From the NCBI GenBank assembly GCA_965203965.1, contig CBDBDR010000017.1, positions 1,216,001-1,280,000 on the forward strand: a stretch of 64,000 nucleotides of DNA, written 5' to 3'. The notes under the pieces were generated by a model, which did no database searches, had not been told where the DNA came from, and saw nothing but the letters and a program-made list of their open reading frames with translations. The position numbers and the translations under genes are program-made. How positions within the stretch are numbered: the stretch's first letter is position 1; every line of letters begins with the position of its first letter. Origin of the DNA: Thermodesulfobacteriota bacterium (GTDB lineage: Bacteria; Desulfobacterota_D; UBA1144; Nemesobacterales; JAJCZQ01). Positions 40,532-50,586 of this stretch are shown here, in pieces.

Positions 40532-41698
40532 ATGAATATCAAATGGGCAAAAAGAATAGAGGATTTACCGCCTTACTTGTTTGCGGAAATAGATAAAAAG
40601 AAAAACCAGATGATTGAAAAGGGGGTTGATGTTATTGACCTTGGTGTTGGCGATCCGGATATTCCCACTCCCAATTATATTATTGATGCTTTAAAGAAAG
40701 CAGCCGGAGACCCCACTAATCACACTTATCCGTCTTATGTAGGAATGAGGACTTTTCGTGAAGCTGCATCCAACTGGTATAAAAAAAGATTTAATGTTGC
40801 ACTTGATTCCGATGAAGAGGTTATTGCTCTAATAGGTTCTAAAGAAGGGATTGCACACGCCCCACTGGCTTTTCTTGATCCAGGTGATGTTGCATTGATA
40901 CCTGACCCGGGCTACCCGGTTTACCCTGTGGCGACGACCTTTGCAGGTGGAGTACCTTATTCTATGCCATTGTTGAAAGAAAATGCCTTTCTTCCAGATC
41001 TTGACTCAATTCCTCAGGATGTGGCAGACAAGGCAAAACTTATGTTTTTGAACTATCCCAATAATCCCACAACTGCCGTTGCTGATAAGGGGTTCTTTAA
41101 AGCAGTGATTGAATTTGCTTCAAAAAACAATATTCTCGTTTGCCATGATGCTGCTTATACCGAGATTGCATTTGATGGTTATGTTCCTCCAAGTTTTCTG
41201 GAAGTGGATGGTGCAATGGATGTATGCTTGGAGTTTCACTCACTTTCAAAAACGTTTAGTATGACGGGTTGGAGAATTGCTTTTGCTGCTGGAAATAACA
41301 AGGCTGTTTCTGGACTTGGAAAAATAAAAACCAACATTGACTCTGGTGTGTTTCAGGCAGTTCAAGTCGCGGGAATTGAGGCATTGAACAACTATGAAAT
41401 TGGTCTTGAAGATAGGAAAAACATTTACAAGGAAAGAATAGATCTTTTCTGTAAAGGATTGGATGACGCTGGTTTGAATTACAGCAAGCCTAAAGCAACT
41501 TTTTATGTTTGGTTTGATGTGCCATTGGGTTTTACTTCATCCGGATTTGCTTCCAAGCTGTTGGAAGATGCCGGTATTGTTGTTACCCCAGGAAATGGAT
41601 TTGGTGATTCAGGTGAAGGTTATGCAAGGGTTTCGGTAACTTTTGATACTGAAAGAGTAGCAAGCGCGGTGGAGCGTATAGGGAATTTCAAAATTTAA
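40532..41698 (+). CDS. dapL: LL-diaminopimelate aminotransferase
   Basis: LPPYLFAEID, IDLGVGDPD, LIGSKEGIAH, NYPNNPT, EFHSLSKT--MTGWR. Confidence 0.85.
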   Translation: MNIKWAKRIEDLPPYLFAEIDKKKNQMIEKGVDVIDLGVGDPDIPTPNYIIDALKKAAGDPTNHTYPSYVGMRTFREAASNWYKKRFNVALDSDEEVIALIGSKEGIAHAPLAFLDPGDVALIPDPGYPVYPVATTFAGGVPYSMPLLKENAFLPDLDSIPQDVADKAKLMFLNYPNNPTTAVADKGFFKAVIEFASKNNILVCHDAAYTEIAFDGYVPPSFLEVDGAMDVCLEFHSLSKTFSMTGWRIAFAAGNNKAVSGLGKIKTNIDSGVFQAVQVAGIEALNNYEIGLEDRKNIYKERIDLFCKGLDDAGLNYSKPKATFYVWFDVPLGFTSSGFASKLLEDAGIVVTPGNGFGDSGEGYARVSVTFDTERVASAVERIGNFKI

Positions 41699-41719
41699 TG
41701 AAACAATGGGTCTTGTCGA

Positions 41720-43210
41720 TTGGAAAACTTACCTCTTTTCATCAAAGTAGTTGTAACAGCGTTGTATATAAGTTCATCTTTCTTTTTGTGTATGTTCGGA
41801 CTTCACAGACTTTATCTTTCTTTCCTTCATAAAAAATACCGGCTGCAGGACATAAAACCGTTTGCCAGATTCAAGAGCTATCCTAAAGTTACAATACAAT
41901 TGCCTGTTTATAACGAGATGTATGTTGTTGAAAGGCTAATTTCAGCCGTTTGTGAAATTGATTACCCTAAGGATTTGCTTGAGATACAAGTTCTGGATGA
42001 TTCCACAGATGAAACAAGCAGAATTGCGAGTGACGCTGTGGTGAAGTATCAAAATTTGGGCTTTAATATTGAATTTATACACAGAGATAACCGACATGGT
42101 TACAAAGCGGGGGCTCTTGAAGAAGGTTTGAAAAGAGCTACAGGTGAATTTATTGCTATATTTGATGCAGATTTTATACCGCCTGCAGACTTTTTAAAAA
42201 GAACCATAGATTATTTTACTGACCCCGGAGTTGGAATAGTTCAAACAAGATGGGGACATTTGAACATGAACTACTCAATACTTACAAAAGCGCAGTCTAT
42301 TCTATTGAATGGGCATTTTTTGATTGAGCATCCCGTCAGATTCAATCATGAGGTATTTTTTAATTTTAATGGCACTGCTGGAATACTGAGAAAGAGTTGT
42401 ATTCAATCTTCAGGAGGTTGGCAACACGATACACTAACCGAGGATCTTGATCTCAGTTATAGGGCACAGTTAAACGGCTGGAGGTTCATTTACCTAAAAG
42501 ATGTGATTGCGGATGCTGAGCTTCCTGTTGATATGAACGCATTTAAGGCACAGCAACATAGATGGGCAAAAGGCGGTGTTCAGACCGCAAAAAAATTGCT
42601 ACCCGAAATACTTAGACGTAAAAATATTCCATTCAAAGCAAAAGCGGAATCCATTTTTCACTTGCTCGGTAACTTCTCGTATATTTTTTTGATTGCTATC
42701 ATAGTGCTCACGGTTCCCGTGGGCTATTTTTGGAAATCAGCGGGTTGGAACTGGGATATTGTATTATTTACCAACCTTTTCATGATCTCCGCAGGAACTG
42801 GAAGCGTTTTTTATTTTTACTATCTTTCCGTAAGGGAAGCTTACGGAAAAGACTGGAAAAAGTTCTTAAAATATATTCCGGTTGCTTTGTCGATTGGAGT
42901 CGGACTCGCCCTTAATAATTCAAAAGCTGTCTTTGAAGCATTAAGCGGCAGGCAGTCTGAATTCAGAAGAACCCCAAAATATGCCGTTGAGAGCAAGCGA
43001 GACGCGTGGGCAAACACAAGTTACGTCAGTTCAAAAGATGTAACAACTTTCTTTGAGTTTCTGATCGGCGGGTTGTTCCTTGTCCAGACGATTTATGCTG
43101 TTTATACAGGCTATGTTGTATGGGTGCCGTTTTTACTCATGGTTCAATTTGGTTTTACATACATTTCTCTCTCTTCGTTTATTCACAGTCGTATGAAGAA
43201 GGAGACTTAA
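41720..43210 (+). CDS. GT2 cellulose-synthase-like membrane glycosyltransferase
   Basis: QLPVYNE, QVLDDSTD, KAGAL, FDADF, TEDLD, QQHRW (QxxRW); TMs. Confidence 0.92.
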   Translation: MENLPLFIKVVVTALYISSSFFLCMFGLHRLYLSFLHKKYRLQDIKPFARFKSYPKVTIQLPVYNEMYVVERLISAVCEIDYPKDLLEIQVLDDSTDETSRIASDAVVKYQNLGFNIEFIHRDNRHGYKAGALEEGLKRATGEFIAIFDADFIPPADFLKRTIDYFTDPGVGIVQTRWGHLNMNYSILTKAQSILLNGHFLIEHPVRFNHEVFFNFNGTAGILRKSCIQSSGGWQHDTLTEDLDLSYRAQLNGWRFIYLKDVIADAELPVDMNAFKAQQHRWAKGGVQTAKKLLPEILRRKNIPFKAKAESIFHLLGNFSYIFLIAIIVLTVPVGYFWKSAGWNWDIVLFTNLFMISAGTGSVFYFYYLSVREAYGKDWKKFLKYIPVALSIGVGLALNNSKAVFEALSGRQSEFRRTPKYAVESKRDAWANTSYVSSKDVTTFFEFLIGGLFLVQTIYAVYTGYVVWVPFLLMVQFGFTYISLSSFIHSRMKKET

Positions 43211-43318
43211 TAATTTATGATAGTCTTTTTTCCTTATAAGTGTGTCGTTGTTTTACAATGCGGTTTTTAATTTATTGACGAGTTGTGTTACCATTAATTT
43301 CATGATTTGTCTGATTTA

Positions 43319-43403
43319 GCCGAAGTGGCGGAACTGGCAGACGCGCAGGATTCAGGATCCTGTTCCCGCTTAGGGAGTGGGGGTTCGAATCCCCCCTTCG
43401 GCA
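43319..43403 (+). tRNA. tRNA-Leu(CAG)
   Basis: GCCGAAGTGGCGGAACTGGCAGACGCG-CAGGA-TT-CAG-GA-TCCTG, long variable arm, GGTTCGAATCC...CTTCGGCA; followed by CAA rather than CCA. Confidence 0.96.
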
Positions 43404-43634
43404 CAAGATAGGATATCCGTGGTGTCCGTACTATCGTGTGGACGCTCTCCTGCGCTTTGCGAAGGTGGAGAATTGTATGGCGTAATAAATATATCCTCAA
43501 AACACAAGTTTCAGTAGAATGAGCCTAAATATATTCAAAAATCGGTTCTGCAGATCCACCCTTTCAGTTTAACATAGATAATTTTCAGGTTACTATAATT
43601 GTCTTATTCAGTTCAATACAGGAGAAAAAATATT

Positions 43635-44618
43635 ATGAAAGCGATAATTTATCACAAATTTGGTGACGTTGATGTGTTGAAGTATGAAGACACGGAATCG
43701 CCTAAAGTGAGCAATGATGAGGTGCTTGTAAAGGTTAAGGCATCGTCAATTAATTCCCTTGATTTGAGGCTAAGATCAGGGAAATCACCTCGTCCCGTTG
43801 ATCTTCCTCACGTTGGAGGAATTGATGTTTCAGGTGATGTTGAAAGTGTTGGAAACGGTGTATCAAACGTAAAGGTCGGAGACAGAGTTGTTGTTAATCC
43901 CACGGTAAAACTGGAGAAAGGGTTCAGCGTAGTTGGCGTGAATACCTGGGGTGGATTTGCCGAGTATGTTAAAGTCCCGGGGTCTAACGTTGTAAAAATT
44001 CCAGACCAATTATGCTACAACGACGCTTCAACTCTCCCGGTGTGTTATGTAACTGCGATATACGGCCTTGTAAACAGGGGGGGCCTGAAGTCTGGGGAAA
44101 CAGTTGTTGTTCACGCAGCGGGAAGTGGCACCGGAAGTGCCGCTGTGCAAATTGCAAAACTTCACGGTGCAAAAGTTATAGCCACCGCCGGGAGCGATGA
44201 GAAACTTGAAAAGGCAAAGCAACTTGGAGCAGATGAAGCAGTCAATTACAACAACTCCGATTTTGCAGAAGTGGTAAAGGGCGGGGTGGATATGATATTT
44301 GATCAAGTTGGTGGGAGTTTTTGGGATAATAACCTGAAAATACTTAAATCAAAGGGAAGACTCTTGCTTGTTGGTGTCGTTGGTGGTGGGATTGTTGAAA
44401 AAGTAAACCTTGGTCCCATGATAATGAGAGACATATCCGTGATTGGCGTTACGATGTTCAATGCTCCGCAAGCTACTTTGGAAGAAGCGGTTCAACTTGT
44501 GGCTGAAGGAAAGATAAAACCGGTGATTGATAAAACCCTTCCATTGTCCCAGGCACAAGAAGCACAAAAACTGTTGCAGGATCGTCAGCAATTTGGCAAG
44601 GTAATTTTGAATCCCTAA
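43635..44618 (+). CDS. MDR-family NAD(P)H:quinone oxidoreductase-like protein (ATG 43635)
   Basis: PHVGGIDVSG, HAAGSGTG, QFGKVIL; no Zn-ligand cysteines. Confidence 0.88.
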   Translation: MKAIIYHKFGDVDVLKYEDTESPKVSNDEVLVKVKASSINSLDLRLRSGKSPRPVDLPHVGGIDVSGDVESVGNGVSNVKVGDRVVVNPTVKLEKGFSVVGVNTWGGFAEYVKVPGSNVVKIPDQLCYNDASTLPVCYVTAIYGLVNRGGLKSGETVVVHAAGSGTGSAAVQIAKLHGAKVIATAGSDEKLEKAKQLGADEAVNYNNSDFAEVVKGGVDMIFDQVGGSFWDNNLKILKSKGRLLLVGVVGGGIVEKVNLGPMIMRDISVIGVTMFNAPQATLEEAVQLVAEGKIKPVIDKTLPLSQAQEAQKLLQDRQQFGKVILNP

Positions 44619-44667
44619 ACTCGTCCTATATTGCATTTGAGGATTTAAAATTTATTCCAAATTCCTC

Positions 44668-44710
44668 TTGACAAAAAATTTATAATTATTAGCATGACTG
44701 ACCAGTCAGT
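44668..44710 (+). promoter_or_regulatory. Promoter with TetR-type operator
   Basis: TTGACA-16 bp-TAGCAT; overlapping palindromes TGACTG-AC-CAGTCA and ACTGAC-CA-GTCAGT. Confidence 0.7.
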
Positions 44711-44726
44711 TTAGGTTGAGTGAATA

Positions 44727-45341
44727 ATGACAAGATTAGCAACACGGGGAAATAAACCAAGAAGAAATATGTCTTCAACAAGGCTGAGCAAAAAGAACAA
44801 TATAATAAGAGTTGCTGCCAAGTTGTTTTCTGACAAAAGTTTTCATAATGTAACAATGGATGAGATAGCCGGGCAAGCTGAGGTGGCAAAAGGCACCCTC
44901 TACCTCTACTTTTCTTCAAAGGAAAAACTATACCTCGGAATCCTTGAGCATACTTTTGATTCAATTGAATCACTTTTGCAAAGAGAAGTTGCAAAGAGTG
45001 ATTCGGCTCCGGAAAAATTGAAAAGATTGCTTTCCATAATAATTAAGTTTTATAGGGATAATATTGATGCCTTAAAGATACTCAGTAGGGATGAAACTCA
45101 CCTTATCCGTGAGCATCACGAACTGACGGAAAAATGGAGATTGAGGAGGCTGAGTCTCTATGAAAAAATAATAAGAAAAGGAATTACAGAAGGTTCGTTC
45201 AAGACTAAAAACGCCGAGCTTGCCGCCCTTGTTTTGTATGGTTCTATTGGTGCAGCTATGGTTTTTTACGACTTGGAAAGAAAGCCGGAAGTGGTTGCTG
45301 AGGAACTTTATTCAGAAATTGCATCTGGGCTTTTTCGCTAG
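44727..45341 (+). CDS. TetR/AcrR-family regulator (start may be ATG 44769)
   Basis: TMDEIA--AEVAKGTLYLYFSSKE HTH. Confidence 0.93.
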   Translation: MTRLATRGNKPRRNMSSTRLSKKNNIIRVAAKLFSDKSFHNVTMDEIAGQAEVAKGTLYLYFSSKEKLYLGILEHTFDSIESLLQREVAKSDSAPEKLKRLLSIIIKFYRDNIDALKILSRDETHLIREHHELTEKWRLRRLSLYEKIIRKGITEGSFKTKNAELAALVLYGSIGAAMVFYDLERKPEVVAEELYSEIASGLFR

Positions 45342-45393
45342 AAAAAATAGTATATGAGTTTCAGATAATTTTAATATTCAGGAGGGTTATTTG

Positions 45394-46569
45394 ATGAAAG
45401 TTAATTATCCATTCAGTTCAAGGATTGAACACTTTGTTCCACCAAAACAGTGGGCGAGCATGAGAGTTGCGAGGGATGTGGAGAAGAAGACAGGAAAGAA
45501 AATAATACACTTTGAAAAAGGCGATTATCAGGGACCTGATTTTGAAACACCTGCTCACGTTCTTGAAGCTACAGAAAGAGCATTGAGAGACGGCTATGTT
45601 CGATATGATCCAGGGCCGGGTTTAGCAGAGTTGAGAGAAGCCATTGCAGATTTGATGGGAAAGAGGGGAAGACCAACTCAACCGGATGAGGTAATTGTTA
45701 CGGCTGGCGCCAAACATTCGCTGACAATGAACCTATTAACTTTCCTCGAAGATGGTGATGAGGTTATTTTCCCAAATCCAGGCTATCCACCTGATGAGGT
45801 TTGGGCAAAATATACCAATGCAGTAATCAAGCACACACCTTTGACAAAGCCGGACTGGCAGTTTGACGTAGAAAAACTTGATGCTCAAATCACCCCGAAA
45901 ACCAAGTTGGTTATTATCAACACTCCTCAAAGACCAAACGGTCACCTTGTAGAAAATCCACAGGAAATAGCGGACATGCTCAAGAAACACCCGCAGGTAA
46001 TGATAATTTCAGATGAGATTTTTTCTCAGGTTACGTTTAACAAGCCTCATAAGTCAATATCTGCAATAGAGGATATACGGGACAGGGTAATTGTAATAGA
46101 CACATTTTCAAAGACTTGGGCTATGACGGGATGGCGCATTGGTTGGACTGTTGCACCTAAGCCAGTTGTGGATAAACTCTCAATATTTCTCCAGGATTCC
46201 ATAACCAATGTAGCCGCGTTTATTCAAAAAGCTGCAACAGCGGCAATTACCGGTTCTCAGGATTGGGTTGATGAAAAATTGAAGTTGCTGGAAAACAAAA
46301 GGAACCGTATGGTAGAAGGCTTAAATAGTATTGAAGGTATAACTTGTGATTACCCCGACGGTGCCTTCTACGCGTTTGCAGATGTTACGGGAATGGGTTT
46401 AAGCTCACAGGCATTTACCGATAGGCTTATTGAGAAAGCAGGTGTTGCGGTAGTTGCAGGGACTGCTTTTGGAAGTCAGGGCGAAGGATACGCAAGAATA
46501 ACATACGCCTGTGCTGATGAAGATATTGATGAGGGTATAGAAAGGATAAAAAATACTGACATTAGTTAA
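45394..46569 (+). CDS. Class I/II PLP-dependent aminotransferase (aspartate aminotransferase-like)
   Basis: GL-ELREAIA, ISDEIF, FSKTWAMTGWRIG, GAFY. Confidence 0.9.
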   Translation: MKVNYPFSSRIEHFVPPKQWASMRVARDVEKKTGKKIIHFEKGDYQGPDFETPAHVLEATERALRDGYVRYDPGPGLAELREAIADLMGKRGRPTQPDEVIVTAGAKHSLTMNLLTFLEDGDEVIFPNPGYPPDEVWAKYTNAVIKHTPLTKPDWQFDVEKLDAQITPKTKLVIINTPQRPNGHLVENPQEIADMLKKHPQVMIISDEIFSQVTFNKPHKSISAIEDIRDRVIVIDTFSKTWAMTGWRIGWTVAPKPVVDKLSIFLQDSITNVAAFIQKAATAAITGSQDWVDEKLKLLENKRNRMVEGLNSIEGITCDYPDGAFYAFADVTGMGLSSQAFTDRLIEKAGVAVVAGTAFGSQGEGYARITYACADEDIDEGIERIKNTDIS

Positions 46570-47075
46570 TATCAGTAAGAAGAGGCATTTGGGTTTTGTT
46601 GTTTTTCGTTGACGTTTATACTTCAAAACCCATTTACTGAAATTCTATTACAACTTCTTTGCCTGATACTTAAAAATTACCATTCACGGTAAGGCGATTT
46701 TCAAATCTCTAATCATAGGGAATGGTTTTGTTTTGAAAGTAAATCGTACTCAAAAAGCAATACTATCCTTAAGGAAGTAGAGTTCATTTTAATTTAATGG
46801 AATTGTTTACCACCTAATATATCTAGCAGTGTATTGCTTTCTATTTCCGTTTGAAAATAAAGTTCAGAATCTGCTCCGTCTGGTGATTGGTGATAAAGAT
46901 ATTACGCATTTCATGGTTCCTCTACTACTAGAGCCAATGCTCCTTAGTAAATCCTATATGACATTTGTGAAAGAGCGGAATTTACAAAAGATCGTGATAC
47001 CATTATCAAGCCTCCAAAAAATGTTCATAGGGAAGTAAAGCCCGGCAGGGCAAGTGGAAAACATTAGAATTACAT

Positions 47076-47129
47076 TTAATTATACATTAACTATTTCTTA
47101 ATTTGATCTTAATATGTTGTTTTTAGACT
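47076..47129 (+). promoter_or_regulatory. Pho-box promoter of pstS
   Basis: TTAA cores at 47076, 47087, 47098, 47109 (exact 11-bp period); TAGACT at 47124. Confidence 0.7.
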
Positions 47130-47164
47130 AAATATCCAAATTAATTAGGAGGTGGTTTTGTAGA

Positions 47165-48139
47165 ATGTATAAGTTGAGAGTTTGTCTCACTCTTTTAGTG
47201 TTTTCATTCTTGCTGAGTTTGGGTGAGAGTCTTGCTCAAACGGTCAAAGTCGATCCTTCATTACCAACTTACAAAAAGGTAAGTGGGATCTCCGGCAGTA
47301 TTAACAGCGTTGGGTCGGACACCATGAATAATTTGATGACACTTTGGTGTGAAGGGTTCAAAAAATACTATCCAAATGTAAGGTGTCAGATAGAAGGTAA
47401 GGGATCAAGCACTGCGCCGCCGGCTTTAATTGAGGGCACTTCCCAATTTGGACCGATGTCAAGGGCCATGAAGGGGAAAGAGGTTGATGCTTTCGAAAAA
47501 GCCAAGGGATACAAGCCAATGTCAATTCCAACGTCAATTGATATGCTGGCAGTTTACGTAAATAAGGATAACCCGATAAATTGTTTTTCAATTAAACAGG
47601 TAGATGCGATATTTTCCAAGACAAGAAATTGTGGAGGCAATGAAAATATAAAAGACTGGGGTGAGTTAGGATTGTTGGGAAAATGGGAATATAAGCCGAT
47701 GAGCATGTATGGTAGAAACTCAGCTTCTGGCACCTATGGTTATTTTAAGAAGAAAGCACTTTGCAAAGGTGACTATAAGGATACCGTCAAAGAGCAACCG
47801 GGTTCCGCGTCCGTTGTGCAGGGGATAAATGAGGATCTGGCAGGAATTGGCTATAGTGGTATAGGTTATAAAACTTCCGGGGTAAAAGCCATAAGGCTTG
47901 CCAAAAAAGCCGGGCATTGTGCCGCACCTAGTCTGAAAAATTTTGTTAGTGGTAAATACCCGCTCGGAAGATATCTGTATCTTTATGTCAACAAAAAGCC
48001 AAACAAAAGCCTTGATTCTTTAAGGAAGGAATTTCTGTTTTATGTTCTGAGCAAGGAAGGTCAAAAAATAGTTGTTAAAGATGGTTATTTACCACTTCCT
48101 GCAGACAAGGTGGCTGAATTGAGAGCCAAATTGAATTAA
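47165..48139 (+). CDS. pstS: Phosphate ABC transporter substrate-binding protein
   Basis: [31 protein letters not shown]. Confidence 0.96.
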   Translation: MYKLRVCLTLLVFSFLLSLGESLAQTVKVDPSLPTYKKVSGISGSINSVGSDTMNNLMTLWCEGFKKYYPNVRCQIEGKGSSTAPPALIEGTSQFGPMSRAMKGKEVDAFEKAKGYKPMSIPTSIDMLAVYVNKDNPINCFSIKQVDAIFSKTRNCGGNENIKDWGELGLLGKWEYKPMSMYGRNSASGTYGYFKKKALCKGDYKDTVKEQPGSASVVQGINEDLAGIGYSGIGYKTSGVKAIRLAKKAGHCAAPSLKNFVSGKYPLGRYLYLYVNKKPNKSLDSLRKEFLFYVLSKEGQKIVVKDGYLPLPADKVAELRAKLN

Positions 48140-48207
48140 TTAGTCGCTGGCTTTTTCTTCAAAATTAGTAGTATTTGTAGAGGCAAAACATCAAGACATA
48201 AGGATTT

Positions 48208-48250
48208 AACGCCCCGGATATAGATAAGTTAATGTTCCGGGGTGTTTTCA
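48208..48250 (+). terminator. Intercistronic stem-loop between pstS and pstC
   Basis: AACGCCCCGGA...TCCGGGGTGTT followed by T-rich tract. Confidence 0.7.
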
Positions 48251-48294
48251 TGTTTGTTTTTTTGTTTTCATTTAAAACAGCTAGGGGTGGTAGG

Positions 48295-50571
48295 TTGAAC
48301 AAGATAGAAGAACAGTCCATAAAAAAAAAGACGGTGGACAAAAGAAGATTTTACGACAAGTTTGCCTCAGTGATTGTTACCTCGGGTGGCGTTGCAATAA
48401 TTCTTTCCATAATTGCCATGCTGTTCTTTATAGGAATTGAAATAGTTCCGCTTTGGCAAAAGCCAAACACATTCTTGTTGAGTGAATTTACAGTTGAAAA
48501 CCCCCAGTTAAGTGTGGATCGTGACGGTGAGATTCTGCTGATTGGAACCGAAGAATACCAAGAAGTTGCATTTTTGCTTGACAAAGAGGGTGTTGCAAAA
48601 TTTATAAGTTTGAAAGATGGTTCTGTTCTCGGTGAAAAAACTGTTCTAACCAGTAATTTTGGAGGAGTATCTTCTACCTATGTTTCAGAAACAAACAAGT
48701 ATTATGCCATTGCGACTGATAAAGGTTGGATAGTTCCTTTTCAGGTGAAATACAGTGTTACTTTTGATAAGGAAAATATAAGGAATATAGAGCCAAGTAT
48801 AATTAAATACGCTCCCATCAAAGTAGCTTCCAGCCCGATCAGAAACTTTGCTTTCCAAAAAGAGGATTTTGAAAGCGATAACAACTCCTATACAGCCGTT
48901 TTTTTAACGAGTGCAGATGAATTTAAGATTCACAGCTTTGAAATATCGGAAGACGATTTTTTCGAACGATCAGAATCTGTAACTAACACCATAGATTTGT
49001 CAGGGGAAATAGATACAGACCACATACTCACAATAGAGGTTGATTCTTTTATGAAAAACCTCTACGTGGGAACATCGGAAGGCAATATATTTCATTGGGA
49101 CATAAGAAATAAATCCTCTCCTAATCTAAGTCAAAAAATAGATGCCACCGGCAACTCCAAAGTAGGTGTTTCATCAATGGGGTTCTTAATTGGAAGCAGG
49201 TCTCTGGTTGTTGGCACCACAAGTGGTGGAGTGAGCATTTGGTTTCCAGTAAGAAACGATAAAGGCAAGGAAGCGCTGACAAAAGTTCACAGTTTGCCGA
49301 GCATGAAAGGGGCAGTATCGGCATTTTCCAAATCTATCAGGGACAGAGGATTTGTCGTAAGTGATAGCGATGGAAACGTGGGAGTTTACCATGCAACATC
49401 AAATACGCTTCAAGTCAGTTTTGAGGGTGAAGATAAACATTTTAGCTCAATAACTTTTGCACCAAAGGCAGACGGAGTGGTTGTTGTAGATAGTAGTCGT
49501 AAGGTGAAGCACTGGGTTATAGACAACCCACACCCGGAAACCAATTTTAAGACACTTTTCAGAAAAGTTTGGTATGAGAGTTATTCAGAACCGGAGTACG
49601 TGTGGCAGTCCACAGGTGGGACCGATGAATTTGAAACAAAATTCAGCCTTATACCTTTAATTTACGGAACTATGAAAGGTGCGTTCTATGCACTTTTGTT
49701 CACAATTCCGTTGGCTATTTTCAGTGCAATTTGCGTGTCACAGTTCATGCACCCGGATCATAGAAATATAATAAAGCCAATCATTGAGGTTATGGCAGCA
49801 CTTCCAAGTGTTGTTCTTGGTTTCTTTGCAGGATTGTGGATGGCTCCCAGAATTGAAAAAATATTTCCCGCTGTGATGGCAATGTTTATAATAATTCCGA
49901 TCTTTGCAATTATAGCTGTTTATATATGGGACAAACTGCTTGTTAGGTTTACTAGAGGTTTTAAGCTTGGCACCGAGATATTCTTTCTTATTCCCGTGAT
50001 AATTGTTGCAGTATTGATATCGCTTGGTATTAATTCAACGCTGGAAAACACATTTTTTGCTGGTGATTACAAATCGTGGTTTTACAGGATTTTTGGACTT
50101 CAGTATGATCAACGTAACTCACTTGTGGTTGGTTTTGCCATGGGTTTTGCGGTTATTCCAATTATTTTTACAATTTCGGAAGATGCTCTCTCAAGTGTGC
50201 CAAAGAATCTGACTTCTGGTTCTCTTGCTTTGGGTGCAAGCAGGTGGCAAACGGCTATCAAGATCGTATTGCCTTCCGCAAGTCCGGGAATATTTTCTGC
50301 CGTTATGATCGGACTTGGCAGAGCAGTTGGTGAAACAATGATAGTGCTTATGGCGACCGGCAATACTCCCGTGATGGATTGGAGTTTCTTTAACGGGTTC
50401 AGGGCACTTTCTGCAAATATTGCAGTGGAATTACCTGAAGCTCCACATGGAGGCACACTTTACAGGATACTTTTCCTTGCGGCTTTCCTCTTATTTATAT
50501 TCACATTTGCTTTGAACACTCTTGCGGAATTAGTAAGGCAGAGACTCAGGAAAAAATATGGACAGTTGTAA
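48295..50571 (+). CDS. pstC: Phosphate ABC permease PstC with large beta-rich insertion (start placed at TTG 48295)
   Basis: IKPIIEVMAALPSVV-G, SLALGASRWQT, GRAVGETM. Confidence 0.93.
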   Translation: MNKIEEQSIKKKTVDKRRFYDKFASVIVTSGGVAIILSIIAMLFFIGIEIVPLWQKPNTFLLSEFTVENPQLSVDRDGEILLIGTEEYQEVAFLLDKEGVAKFISLKDGSVLGEKTVLTSNFGGVSSTYVSETNKYYAIATDKGWIVPFQVKYSVTFDKENIRNIEPSIIKYAPIKVASSPIRNFAFQKEDFESDNNSYTAVFLTSADEFKIHSFEISEDDFFERSESVTNTIDLSGEIDTDHILTIEVDSFMKNLYVGTSEGNIFHWDIRNKSSPNLSQKIDATGNSKVGVSSMGFLIGSRSLVVGTTSGGVSIWFPVRNDKGKEALTKVHSLPSMKGAVSAFSKSIRDRGFVVSDSDGNVGVYHATSNTLQVSFEGEDKHFSSITFAPKADGVVVVDSSRKVKHWVIDNPHPETNFKTLFRKVWYESYSEPEYVWQSTGGTDEFETKFSLIPLIYGTMKGAFYALLFTIPLAIFSAICVSQFMHPDHRNIIKPIIEVMAALPSVVLGFFAGLWMAPRIEKIFPAVMAMFIIIPIFAIIAVYIWDKLLVRFTRGFKLGTEIFFLIPVIIVAVLISLGINSTLENTFFAGDYKSWFYRIFGLQYDQRNSLVVGFAMGFAVIPIIFTISEDALSSVPKNLTSGSLALGASRWQTAIKIVLPSASPGIFSAVMIGLGRAVGETMIVLMATGNTPVMDWSFFNGFRALSANIAVELPEAPHGGTLYRILFLAAFLLFIFTFALNTLAELVRQRLRKKYGQL

Positions 50572-50586
50572 CTTAGGTCATCGTGC

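Noticed and set aside
43300..43500. 66-aa minus-strand ORF
   Set aside because: Antisense shadow of tRNA-Leu
46570..47075. ~500-bp spacer with 69-aa ORF 46829-47038
   Set aside because: No SD or recognisable motifs; likely non-coding or decayed
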